Positions 29,931 through 39,041 are shown, counted from the stretch's first letter. The stretch: 43,396 nt of DNA from Verrucomicrobiota bacterium (GCA_019237325.1 JAFAHI010000679.1:1-43396); one strand, 5' to 3'. The notes: generated by a model not told the origin, from the sequence alone. Numbers and translations are program-made.

Positions 29931-31670
29931 TTACTTGTTCCCCGAATTCGACCCCGTTACACCCAGACGGCGCGCTTCGGCGAAGTCGGCTTTGGCCTTA
30001 TCTCCCTGTCCTGTTTTCTGATAAGCCATCGCTCGGTTGTAGTAGGCACGACCGTAATTCGGATTGAGCCGGACCGCTTCGTTGAAATCGTTAATGGCGT
30101 CGTCAGTCTTTCCTTTCTCAGAGAACGCAATCCCTCGATTGTAATAGGCCAACATGTAACTCGGATTTCTCCGGATCGCTTCGTTATAGTCGGCCATCGC
30201 GCGGTCGATATCTTTCAGGTCGTCGTAACAGAGACCCCGGTTGTTGTACGCATCCAAGAAGTTGTCGTTGATGTCGATCGCATAAGAATAATCGCTGATC
30301 GCCTTCTTGTAGTTTCCCAGGGTCTGGTAACACAACGCCCGCATGTAATAAGCGTTGGCATATTTCTGCTCGCGGTCGAGGGTTGCAGAGAAATCGGAAA
30401 TCGCCGGGTCGTATTCCTTAGCGTAGTAGTGAAGCAGGCCGCGATTGTAATAGGGATCGGCATATTGCGGATCAGCCCGCATGGAGTCCTCATAATCGCT
30501 CTGCGCTTGCTTGGCATTGCCCTTGTCATAATAGGCCAGGCCCCGATTATTGTAGGCCCGGGAAACGTTTCCGTTGAGATGCAAGGCTTGGTTGTAGTCC
30601 GCAATAGCGTTGTCGTACTGCTTCGCCTTCCAGTAAACGATTCCGCGGTCATTGTAATAGTCAGGATTATCTGACCGCAAACGAATCGCCGTATTGTAAT
30701 CGCCTAGCGCTTGCTCGTATTGCTCCAAATTTTTATAGCAATTGCCGCGCTTGCTATAGGAGTCGGGATTGTTGCCATCAAGTCGGATCGCGGTCGTATA
30801 GTCACTGAGCGCCGCCTGGTAGTCTCCTTGAGTTTCATGTGCCTGCCCCGCAGCCAACGCGCTGGCCACATCCGTCGGACTCGAGGTCTCGGTCGCCCGC
30901 GGCTTCGGTGGGGGTGAAAACGGGGTTGCGCTCGGCGCTTGTACGACGACCTGTTCTTTCTTGAAGCCTTGGCTCACCACATACGCTGCCACCAGCCCGA
31001 AACAAACCAGTCCAATCACCAAGAAGGCCAGCATTGCGGTTACGGCGATTACGGCAATTGGAGCTTTCGGCTTCACCGGAGCCGGCGCCCCGGGAACTGC
31101 GCCGGGATGAACCGGAAAACCGGTCTGCGGCGCGCCGCCACCGCCTCGATCCGGTGGTCCGCTAGAACTCGGGGTCTGGCCGCTGCCAACCGGAACCGGT
31201 CGAGGAGTCCGATTGGCTGGGCTTTCTTCGCGGTGCCTTATTGGAGCCTGACTGGTCTGGCCGCTGGCTCGTTCCAGCAAAATCTGAATCGTCGAAGTGA
31301 GTTGCTTCAGGTGTTGCTCCAGAGGCGGAGTCAAAGCATCAAGCCAATGCGGCGAGCTGATATAATACTCCAGCGCTCTCGCCGGTGGCACATCTTCGAT
31401 TCGAAACGGGATGATCGGGATACCATGATGTACGGCCCGCTCAACCTCGCGCTTCACTTGGTTCGATCGATTTGCGTTCGAGGAGAAAATGAGGAGCATC
31501 GCGCGGCATTTCTCGAGTGCTTCAATAATAGCCTCTGCGTAATCCATCCCTGGCAGAACGTCGCGCGGTGCAATCCAACAACGGATTCCGGCAGATTCGA
31601 GAGCCGCACAGGCAGCATCCGCGGTGAGTTTGTCAGCGATCGCGTAACTGATGAATACATCCACAGCCAT
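29931..31670 (-). CDS. TIR domain - Pro-rich linker - TM helix - TPR repeat protein
   Basis: Trimmed to ATG 31670 (MAVDVFISYA...), 579 aa. TIR_2-like 'VFISYAIADK...IRCWIAPRDVLPGMDYAEAIIEALEKCRAMLLIFSSNANRSNQVKREVERA'. TM helix 'IAVIAVTAMLAFLVIGLVCFGLVAAYVV'. About 9 TPRs (A..DY..AI.L.P....AY.NRG). Confidence 0.9.
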   Translation of the reverse strand: MAVDVFISYAIADKLTADAACAALESAGIRCWIAPRDVLPGMDYAEAIIEALEKCRAMLLIFSSNANRSNQVKREVERAVHHGIPIIPFRIEDVPPARALEYYISSPHWLDALTPPLEQHLKQLTSTIQILLERASGQTSQAPIRHREESPANRTPRPVPVGSGQTPSSSGPPDRGGGGAPQTGFPVHPGAVPGAPAPVKPKAPIAVIAVTAMLAFLVIGLVCFGLVAAYVVSQGFKKEQVVVQAPSATPFSPPPKPRATETSSPTDVASALAAGQAHETQGDYQAALSDYTTAIRLDGNNPDSYSKRGNCYKNLEQYEQALGDYNTAIRLRSDNPDYYNDRGIVYWKAKQYDNAIADYNQALHLNGNVSRAYNNRGLAYYDKGNAKQAQSDYEDSMRADPQYADPYYNRGLLHYYAKEYDPAISDFSATLDREQKYANAYYMRALCYQTLGNYKKAISDYSYAIDINDNFLDAYNNRGLCYDDLKDIDRAMADYNEAIRRNPSYMLAYYNRGIAFSEKGKTDDAINDFNEAVRLNPNYGRAYYNRAMAYQKTGQGDKAKADFAEARRLGVTGSNSGNK

Positions 31671-31715
31671 CTTATGTCCCCGACGAGAAAGTTTGTAGGA
31701 ATTGCAGCATTTTTT

Positions 31716-31763
31716 AGCATCCAACGCCAACAAAAGCGCATGCTTTTGTTGGCGTTGGATGCT
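31716..31763. repeat. Perfect 22-bp-stem hairpin (agcatccaacgccaacaaaagc-gcat-gcttttgttggcgttggatgct)
   Basis: Arms 31716-31737 and 31742-31763. It lies 46 nt upstream of the TIR gene start and about 115 nt downstream of the NlpC/P60 stop. Confidence 0.85.
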
Positions 31764-31850
31764 TCGGCAGACTGATCTGGCTACGCCAAACCATTCTGGC
31801 TCCTAGTATGATATTAACCGAGGCAAGAAACTCCGTGCGCTGGCCCCGTA

Positions 31851-31881
31851 CACCAATCACTTCTCACCTCTCACGTCTCAC
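31851..31881. repeat. (TCTCACN)n array overlapping the NlpC/P60 stop codon
   Basis: 'caccaatcacttctcacctctcacgtctcac'. Same unit family as 15111-15141, 16983-17006 and 22647-22691. Confidence 0.65.
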
Positions 31882-32384
31882 AACCCTCGCGGGTGCCGTA
31901 GCACGTAGCCACGCGTAGGGCGGGACCCGGTCTGCCAGCGCGGCCCATGTGTGTGATCACCGTATCCGGTGTCAAAGCGTAAGCCGGCGATGACCAAAAA
32001 GACATGTCCCCTGGCCGCGTAGATAGTCAACCACCGGCCGGCGCCGTTTGCTCCGTATTTACGAAAATTTTCGGAAGGGGTTGGCGTTTCCAGGCGTCCG
32101 ATCGCATGGAGAACATACGACACCGAACCGGAGCAATCATAGGCATTGTCGTAGAATGTCCTATGACCGCCTCCATACCGGTACGGTTTGCCGATGAGTT
32201 CATTTCCCGCTGCGATTGCTTGTCTCACAACTGCTGGCGCCTGCGATGGCGGGCTGGCTAATGATCCTTCCATGAAAGCGGTGCGCGCAGGATTGTATTG
32301 ATAAGAGTACGGGGCATTAGTCTCACATCCGGTCAAAACGAGTGTCAGGCCGATGACAATAAAGAGAACTTTCTTTGGCAGCAC
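31878..32384 (-). CDS. NlpC/P60 (C40) family lipoprotein peptidase
   Basis: 168 aa. Lipobox 'LVLTGC' and the catalytic Cys context 'YDCSGSVSYVLH' after 'GKPYRYGGG'. Confidence 0.8.
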   Translation of the reverse strand: MLPKKVLFIVIGLTLVLTGCETNAPYSYQYNPARTAFMEGSLASPPSQAPAVVRQAIAAGNELIGKPYRYGGGHRTFYDNAYDCSGSVSYVLHAIGRLETPTPSENFRKYGANGAGRWLTIYAARGHVFLVIAGLRFDTGYGDHTHGPRWQTGSRPTRGYVLRHPRGL

Positions 32385-32426
32385 GGCCGCGATTCTGCCA
32401 CAGGTGGAGAAACGACGTCAACGGGG

Positions 32427-32560
32427 CAGGGCTCGCTTAGGCTCGCCCGGAACAGCAAATAGCAGATCGCAAATAGCAAATGCGTTCGCAGCGGAGTTGC
32501 GGGTCGTTTGCTATGTGATGTTCGCTATTTGCTATTTGGGGCGAGCCTAAGCGAGCCCTG
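32427..32560. repeat. Modular hairpin element: conserved outer arms (cagggctcgcttaggctcgccc, perfect 22 bp) and AGCAAAT heptamer inner arms
   Basis: Outer arms 32427-32448 / 32539-32560. Inner arms 32454-32481 / 32506-32537. The element ends one base before the next gene's stop codon. Confidence 0.85.
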
Positions 32561-33784
32561 CTACCACAGTTCGTTCGCGTTAGAAAACTTCTTTAGAACC
32601 AGGTCGTAGCGGGTCGGTTCGAGGATCGGGAGCACGCGGCGCAGGACGACATTGAACAGCGGGTTGGTCGCTCGGACACAGAGATCCAATGGCTCGAGGT
32701 CCATCCGAAAATGCAGCTTGGGATCGTAGTTAAGCGGTGCGCTGTGATAATAGCGGTACCCGTTCTCCATCGCCCAAATTACGGTGTCTCGCCACGTCAC
32801 AAAATAAAGGTGCCGGTCGAGGGCAACGGAGTAATCTAATCCGATATAGTTATCGCGCAGGACCCCATCGTGGACGATGCAGGAAGCGAAAGCTACGATC
32901 CGGCCTTGTATCCGCCAGATGAGAAACCGGGAACGATCCGGCATTTTTTTTCCCAATTCCGACAAGTAACTCACGTTCAGTTCTTCGAACTTCTGAGCAG
33001 CGCGCTGATAGACACCCTGGTAAAGCGGTAACACTTCTTCGGCGTAAGGGGTGATATCAGTGACCACTTCAAATTCGATGGACGGTCCCTCAGCGCTTTT
33101 GCGAAACTTACGGCGCAAGTTCTTGCGCATAGCATGACTCAGTTTCGTGCTGAGATAATCCTCGAAATCTCGGAAATTCAATTCCATGCCCGTAGCCGGC
33201 ATACTCGGCACCCGAGTAAACCCGCCTGTAACCATCAAATCGAGCAATGAACGGTAGCTCTTAGGATAATCTTTGAAGACTATCATCCATGCCCCAAGCG
33301 ATCTGCCGACCTGAGGCAATGCTTCTTTCAAACCCTCCACTGTCCAGCCGATCTCGCCCGAGACCGTATCGCAGGCGATATCCCCTTCTCCCGCCGAACA
33401 GCCGACCATAATCATGGGCAGCTTAAGAAAAGAAGGGAAAATTCTCCGCGCAGCCGCAACCGATCGGCGGACAAACGCGGGCGTCCCCATGACGAGATCC
33501 TGATGCACCAACAGAAACGGCTGGACGGCTCGGGTCGCGCCTGTGGCATCCTTCAGCAGCAAATAAAGGTGTTCGAACTGCTTCCCCAGCGCTGATTGGG
33601 TAATCTCGTAATACCGGTGGTCGAGGGCATAACGGCGGAACCCAAACTCGAAGGCTGGCTGGTCCTCAGAGGCAATGTGATCCACGACCGCAACCGAGCC
33701 GAACGATGTCCGTAAAGACAGCCTCGGCGAAAGGCACGGCGGATCTTGTTCGGTCTCTTGTACCAAGGTGTAGGAGCCAACCAT
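32561..33784 (-). CDS. FemAB-like / GNAT-superfamily (Acetyltransf_6-like) protein
   Basis: Trimmed to ATG 33784, 407 aa. The size and the C-terminal half ('FLIWRIQGRIVAFASCIVHDGVLRDNYIGLDY') resemble aminoacyl/acyl-transferase GNAT folds. The assignment is tentative. Confidence 0.55.
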   Translation of the reverse strand: MVGSYTLVQETEQDPPCLSPRLSLRTSFGSVAVVDHIASEDQPAFEFGFRRYALDHRYYEITQSALGKQFEHLYLLLKDATGATRAVQPFLLVHQDLVMGTPAFVRRSVAAARRIFPSFLKLPMIMVGCSAGEGDIACDTVSGEIGWTVEGLKEALPQVGRSLGAWMIVFKDYPKSYRSLLDLMVTGGFTRVPSMPATGMELNFRDFEDYLSTKLSHAMRKNLRRKFRKSAEGPSIEFEVVTDITPYAEEVLPLYQGVYQRAAQKFEELNVSYLSELGKKMPDRSRFLIWRIQGRIVAFASCIVHDGVLRDNYIGLDYSVALDRHLYFVTWRDTVIWAMENGYRYYHSAPLNYDPKLHFRMDLEPLDLCVRATNPLFNVVLRRVLPILEPTRYDLVLKKFSNANELW

Positions 33785-34179
33785 CTTATTAAAAACCGGA
33801 GATTTCAAAGCGAGGTTCCTAGTGCGGCACTGTGCGAATTGCAAATGGAAAGGAGCCAGGAGCCAGGAGTGGTATGATCGCGACGACGCGCCTGGAGGGG
33901 AGCCGCTTTGGCCCGTTGAATACTACCTCGTAATATTTGCTATCTACGTTCGTCTGGCGAAGGTGCGCCCGAAAAGCAGGCGGCTCCCGGAAACGTCTCG
34001 ACGCAATGCAGGTCTGCGGTCGTGCCGGGATTAATGACCTAAGTTTACGGAGCTGTGGGTAAATGCACCGCGTCGAGACGTTCTCGGGAGCCGCCTGCTT
34101 TCACGTTTTCCGGTGGGGCCCGCGCTGGGAATAATTTAGCCGGATCGTATGCAACGCTCCAAAGCGGCTCCCCTCCAAG

Positions 34180-35118
34180 TCACAGTTCGCGCCTATCGAC
34201 TGGCGCTCCCAAATCTTGTATCGGACCCAGCGGCACGATCCGAGTCGGGTTGATATCGTCGTGGGTATAATAGTAGTGCCGCTTAATGTGGTCGAAATTG
34301 ACGGTCTGGGCGATGCCTGGCTGTTGATATAGATCGCGCAAGTAGCCGAACAGGTTCTGGTAGTCGATGATTCTACGTAAATTGCATTTAAAGTGTCCAT
34401 GGTAAACCGCATCGAATCGAACCAGGGTTACAAACAGGCGCCAATCGGTTTCTAGAGGAGTGTCGCCGAACAGAAAGCGATCATTGGCAAGGCGTTCTTC
34501 CAGCATATCGAGCGTCGCGAAGAGCGGCAGCACCGCCGCTTCGTACGCCTTCTGTGACGTAGCGAACCCCGCCTTGTAGACACCGTTATTTACCGTGTCA
34601 TAAATCAACGCATTCAGCTGGTCGATTTCGAGTCGGTGTTCCTTCGGGTAAAGATCGAGGTTCGCAGCGCCCAGCTCATCGAAAGCCGAGTTAAATATCC
34701 GCATGAGATCGTCATCAGAATTGTTCACGATCCGTTTTTTCTCTTTATCCCAAAGCACCGGCACCGTGACCCGGCCGTGGTAATGAGGGTCCGTGGCAAA
34801 ATAGGCTTCGCTCAGAAAGTTGAACCGGTTGATTGGATCCAGAGTATGTCCCGGCCCTTCGCGGAATGCCCAGCCAAGATCATCGCGGATCGGGTCGACA
34901 ACGGTCATTCCAATGAGTTTCTCGAGCTGCTTGAGGTGTCGGACAATGATTGTGCGATGAGCCCAAGGACAAGCCCATGAAACGTAAAGGTGATAACGTC
35001 CTGCGACTGCGGGATACCCGGAACTTCCATCCGGAGTAACCCAATCACGGAATGCGTCGTCCTGACGCTCAAACTCGCCCGTGTCACTCTGTTCGTCCGG
35101 AAACTGCGCGGATGCCAT
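34180..35118 (-). CDS. yqjG: Glutathionyl-hydroquinone reductase (Xi-class GST, YqjG/ECM4 family)
   Basis: Trimmed to ATG 35118, 312 aa. Hallmark 'RYHLYVSWACPWAHRTIIVRHLK', with 'FRDWVT' upstream as in E. coli YqjG. Confidence 0.88.
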   Translation of the reverse strand: MASAQFPDEQSDTGEFERQDDAFRDWVTPDGSSGYPAVAGRYHLYVSWACPWAHRTIIVRHLKQLEKLIGMTVVDPIRDDLGWAFREGPGHTLDPINRFNFLSEAYFATDPHYHGRVTVPVLWDKEKKRIVNNSDDDLMRIFNSAFDELGAANLDLYPKEHRLEIDQLNALIYDTVNNGVYKAGFATSQKAYEAAVLPLFATLDMLEERLANDRFLFGDTPLETDWRLFVTLVRFDAVYHGHFKCNLRRIIDYQNLFGYLRDLYQQPGIAQTVNFDHIKRHYYYTHDDINPTRIVPLGPIQDLGAPVDRREL

Positions 35119-35173
35119 GTGGGACAGTCGCGCAGACCGGAGGAGGGGTAAAGTAGCCAAAAGGAGGGGGTGA

Positions 35174-35944
35174 TTGGTGAGGCCGTCTCCGCAAGGTCTG
35201 GAACAGAAATGGCAAACCCGCTATCTTAGCCTCACTTTGTCCGGACCTCCGAATGCCCCCCGACTCGAATCCTTAATCGGTGATCGTCAGCAGCTCGACG
35301 CGTTGATCATCAATATTGAACTGACGCTAACGAGCATCATCCAGGGCGTCGCCCTCTCGTTTCTTTGTGAAAATGCCACCGCTGCGTTAGGTCACGGTCG
35401 CATGCAGGATCTGCCGTACATCGTGAACGGCCTGCTTTTAATCCTCCTGTTCTGGTCCAGGTCGATCGGCCACACCCTCACATTGATTCGTTGGCCTCTG
35501 GATTTTACACACAACTTTTTCTACTTCGGCGCCGCGTTTTTAGAGGCGGTCACATTCGGTCAAATCGGCAATCCCTTGGGCTGGTACGGAACGCTCACCT
35601 GCTTTTCCATCGTCGTATGGCTCCTGTTCATCTTAGACCTGAGGCTCATTTCTAGGCGCACAAAAGACGCTAGCGATCAGAGACTGGAGCAGTTGATGAT
35701 TGAGGTGCGTAAAGATCAAAATCTTAACATCTATTGCCTGGTACCAGGCTTAATCGCGTTTCATGCCGTGGCCGCATGGTTTTGCTCCGAGGCCAACGCC
35801 CGCTGGCCGGATTGGGTTCTCCTCCCGGCCATCCTCCAGTTCGTGTGTTTCGCTGCGTATCTGGTTTATTTCCTGAAAAAGATGGCGCGGCTATTCGTAC
35901 ATGTCCGCCCCGCAGGAACATCGGGGCCTATCCCTCCCGGATAG
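35174..35944 (+). CDS. Hypothetical integral membrane protein
   Basis: 256-aa ORF with a TTG start and about 6 hydrophobic segments. No recognisable motif. Confidence 0.5.
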   Translation: MVRPSPQGLEQKWQTRYLSLTLSGPPNAPRLESLIGDRQQLDALIINIELTLTSIIQGVALSFLCENATAALGHGRMQDLPYIVNGLLLILLFWSRSIGHTLTLIRWPLDFTHNFFYFGAAFLEAVTFGQIGNPLGWYGTLTCFSIVVWLLFILDLRLISRRTKDASDQRLEQLMIEVRKDQNLNIYCLVPGLIAFHAVAAWFCSEANARWPDWVLLPAILQFVCFAAYLVYFLKKMARLFVHVRPAGTSGPIPPG

Positions 35945-36560
35945 CAGGCACCGTGAAACAATCGGGAAATTTCGCCCTGACGTTATCGATGTATCTCACT
36001 CGGCTAGGGAGGCTGCCGAAACGTGCGGTATCACAAGGCGCGAACTCCCGTTCCATGGCTTCGAGCCGGTTAACCCACACACGCAGAGCTGCCGACCACT
36101 GAATATCGCCAGGGTTAGGTTCGCTCAGGAGCTCATCGATTTTCCCCATCGCGAGTCCCTTAAGAAAAATGGTTTCCGGTGTAACCCATCGGAGACAGAC
36201 CCCATATTCCCCGCTTAGATACGACGCAAATTCTTCCGCGATCTGTGCCTCGGGAATTTCCTGACCGTAGGACTCTGCCATCCGCTGGTACCGCGCGAAA
36301 AACTGCTTTTTCAATCGATCTCCAAGGCCACCTGCCGAGTCCGGGAAAACGAAAAAGTCGGCAGGATACATCTCGACTCCGTCCACGGCGTAAGTCGGCA
36401 GAGGGAGAAGACCGGCACGGATTTGAGATCGGCAATCCTCGGGCTGGTTTGGACGGCTCACGCAGAGCTCTTCCAGTGTATGGAAATTGCCCCGGATATA
36501 AATTTTATCGGCCGGACTCAATGGCGGCAAAGGACGATACGTGTCGATGAAATCAGTCAT
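35928..36560 (-). CDS. Hypothetical cytoplasmic protein
   Basis: 210-aa ORF with coding-like composition. It converges on and overlaps the previous gene by 17 nt. No motif recognised. Confidence 0.55.
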   Translation of the reverse strand: MTDFIDTYRPLPPLSPADKIYIRGNFHTLEELCVSRPNQPEDCRSQIRAGLLPLPTYAVDGVEMYPADFFVFPDSAGGLGDRLKKQFFARYQRMAESYGQEIPEAQIAEEFASYLSGEYGVCLRWVTPETIFLKGLAMGKIDELLSEPNPGDIQWSAALRVWVNRLEAMEREFAPCDTARFGSLPSRVRYIDNVRAKFPDCFTVPAIREG

Positions 36561-36636
36561 AACAGAGTTGCGCTTGACCTACCGAAGACCTATAGGCCCA
36601 GCGAGCCGCGGCGCACAAGATCGAACGCTTCGGCCG

Positions 36637-37929
36637 CTACCGCATCCTGGCCGGCTGACCAGTTGTCTCCATAACAGAAAGCCAGAGATCCGCATCCGGC
36701 TCTACCCGGCGCCGCCCATGTGTGACCAGTTCAAACGGAATATGAACAAAGGAGCCGTGCCATCTCCCCACCAACATATTGGTGCGCCCACTTATCCCTG
36801 CATGAACCGCCGCTTGAGCCAACCTGGTGCAATAGACGTTGTCTTGCGGAGAGGCCGGCACACTTCTGATCAGATAGCTCGGGTCAACGTACTTCAGATT
36901 AATCTCCATGCGGCGATCCGCAAAAAACTGATTGATCTTCTCCTTAAGGAATAGGCCGATATCGCCCAAACGCACATTGCCGGAAGCGTCGGTTTCATTG
37001 CTGACTTGCATCAAGTCTTGACCGGCGCCTTCCGCCACCACAATGACTGCATGTTTGCGCTGCGCAGTTCGATGCCGAAGCATCTCTAAGAGGCCGCGAC
37101 CGCCTTCCAATTGAAAGGGCACCTCTGGAATTAGACAAAAATTAACGTGTTGAGCCGCTAAGGTGGCAAAACAAGCAATGAATCCTGAATGACGCCCCAT
37201 GAGCTTGACCAGCCCAATCCCGTTTACAGCGCAACTCGCCTCGACATAGGCGGCGGTAACGGCTTTCACGGCTTCTGCAAAGGCGGTTTCGAACCCGAAA
37301 CTTTTGTCGATATACATGATGTCGTTATCGATGGTTTTCGGGATCCCGATGACGCTCTTGGGCAAACCCCGACGGCGAAGTTCGGCATTGATCGCGGCAG
37401 CTCCCCGCAACGTGCCGTCGCCGCCGATAACGAATAGAATATCGACGTTCAGCTCTTCCAAATGATCAACCATCTCACCCACATCTTGTGGACCTCGGGA
37501 GCTGCCTAAAACCGTGCCGCCAAAGGTGTGGATCGTAGAAACTGATTCAGGCCGGAGCGTCAACGGGACATGCCCGAAGCGTGGCACCAACCCTTCGTAT
37601 CCGTAGCGAATGCCGTAGATCCGTGTCGTGCCATAATGGTTGTAAAGCTCGTTGACGATGCCTCGGATGATATCGTTAACCCCGGGGCAAAGACCGCCGC
37701 ACGTCACGATTGCGGCCGTCGCTTTCGGCGGATCGAAGAATATCTTTTCGCGCGGCCCGGCGATCTCAAAGCTCAGAGGAATTTCACCCCGCCCAAACAC
37801 TTCCTGCGAAGCGGGCAGCCTGTCGTCGTAGAGGACTCGATGGCTTTCGCCTTTGAATCCCTCAGAATGCCCGTGACGCAAGGGAGATAAATATTGCGCC
37901 TCTCCCAATGACTCAATCGACCATAGCAT
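36637..37929 (-). CDS. pfkA: 6-phosphofructokinase (long, plant/PPi-related clade type)
   Basis: Trimmed to ATG 37929, 430 aa. Motifs 'TCGGLCPGVNDIIRG', 'IGGDGTLRGA', 'IGIPKTIDNDI' and 'LMGRHSGFIA'. Confidence 0.9.
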   Translation of the reverse strand: MLWSIESLGEAQYLSPLRHGHSEGFKGESHRVLYDDRLPASQEVFGRGEIPLSFEIAGPREKIFFDPPKATAAIVTCGGLCPGVNDIIRGIVNELYNHYGTTRIYGIRYGYEGLVPRFGHVPLTLRPESVSTIHTFGGTVLGSSRGPQDVGEMVDHLEELNVDILFVIGGDGTLRGAAAINAELRRRGLPKSVIGIPKTIDNDIMYIDKSFGFETAFAEAVKAVTAAYVEASCAVNGIGLVKLMGRHSGFIACFATLAAQHVNFCLIPEVPFQLEGGRGLLEMLRHRTAQRKHAVIVVAEGAGQDLMQVSNETDASGNVRLGDIGLFLKEKINQFFADRRMEINLKYVDPSYLIRSVPASPQDNVYCTRLAQAAVHAGISGRTNMLVGRWHGSFVHIPFELVTHGRRRVEPDADLWLSVMETTGQPARMR

Positions 37930-37985
37930 GAGGAACGCTACCCAAGAACACCTCGCACGACCGCGCAAGCGGAAACTAGTCGGAG

Positions 37986-38109
37986 ACTCGCCTTAGGCTC
38001 GCTCCGAATGACAAATGACAGATCACAGATCACAAATCTGGAGCCTTCGCGCCCCGTAGTTTGTGATCTGTCATTTGTGATCTGTCATCCGAACGAGCCT
38101 AAGGAGAGT
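37986..38109. repeat. Modular hairpin element: 'cgccttaggctcg' outer arms and ATGACAG/ATCACAG heptamer inner arms
   Basis: Outer arms 37986-38006 / 38090-38109. Inner arms 38007-38036 / 38060-38088. Confidence 0.8.
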
Positions 38110-38114
38110 TCGGC

Positions 38115-39041
38115 TTACCAATAGTTCCGGGCGTAGGGTCCATAGGGCCCGTAAGGTCCCCATGGCCCGTACGGAGCGGGACCGTAAGGTCCATATGGTC
38201 TATAGGGGCCGTAAGGCGAGTACACGCGATAAACTTTTCGTACCACACCCAAGGCTAGCAACGTTCGAGGGTTAAGACGTCCCGTCGGAGGCAAACCTCG
38301 CGATGCTTGAAATCTGCCGATCGCGTCCACCGTGTTTTCACCTAGTTCCCCATCGATTGGTCCGCGATAATAACCGCGGCGCGCGAGTGCCATCTGAACC
38401 CTGGCAACTACCCGCGGGTTGCCTCGACCAGGCGCTTGTCGATAGGACGGTCCTCCTCCCCCATAAGACGGTCCTCCATACGGATTTCCGTAGTTTCCTC
38501 CGCCAGAAGGCCCTCGGTTATAGCCTTGGTGCGGCGGTTCGTTTTCCGGCGTCTCTTCGTTCGGTCCCTGCTGTTCCTCTTGGGGTCCCCGATAAGTCGG
38601 AGTTTGCGGCTGCACTTTCGGGCGAGCCTGCTCCGAAGGCGTAGGCCGCGGAGTTGCTAGGTGAGGCCGGGGAGTCGGAGATGCGACCGCCCGCGGAGGC
38701 TGTGCTTGCGGTGCCGAGGTCTGCGGCTTCGGTGTGCTGCTTGGGGTAGTAGCTTCGGTTTCGTTGCCATGCCGCGTCGCATTCTGCGGAGGCGGATAGT
38801 TCCCCGTCTGTAGTCCTAAAGAATGCATGGTCTCGTCGTTCAAACCGCCAGTCACCTTTAAGCCGTAGCGTATTTGATAACGGCGAATCGCAGCATCCGT
38901 TTCGGAACCCGGTTGACCAGTCGCTTCCCCGTAAAAGAACCCTTGGTCTTTTAATTTTTGCTGGACCGCTTTGGTCAGCTCGTCACCCCAGGCACTAGCC
39001 GATAAGACGGCAAGCCCGAGAATAAGAAAGAAAGTCTTCAT
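38115..39041 (-). CDS. Secreted protein with two peptidoglycan-binding (PG_binding_1) domains and Pro/Gly/Tyr-rich regions
   Basis: Trimmed to ATG 39041 (MKTFFLILGLAVLSASAWG signal), 308 aa. Contains 'LKDQGFFYGEATGQPGSETDAAIRRYQIRYGLKVTGGLN' and 'LARRGYYRGPIDGELGENTVDAIGRFQASRGLPPTGRLN'. The tail is 'YGPYRPYGPYGPAPYGPWGPYGPYGPY'. Confidence 0.8.
   Translation of the reverse strand: MKTFFLILGLAVLSASAWGDELTKAVQQKLKDQGFFYGEATGQPGSETDAAIRRYQIRYGLKVTGGLNDETMHSLGLQTGNYPPPQNATRHGNETEATTPSSTPKPQTSAPQAQPPRAVASPTPRPHLATPRPTPSEQARPKVQPQTPTYRGPQEEQQGPNEETPENEPPHQGYNRGPSGGGNYGNPYGGPSYGGGGPSYRQAPGRGNPRVVARVQMALARRGYYRGPIDGELGENTVDAIGRFQASRGLPPTGRLNPRTLLALGVVRKVYRVYSPYGPYRPYGPYGPAPYGPWGPYGPYGPYARNYW

Noticed and set aside
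30939-31775. 278-aa plus-strand ORF and other shadow ORFs (30215..30652, 30429..30674, 31454..31741) over the TIR-TPR gene
   Set aside because: The minus-strand frame has unambiguous TIR and TPR motifs. The alternative frames are Arg/Thr-rich with no domain signatures.
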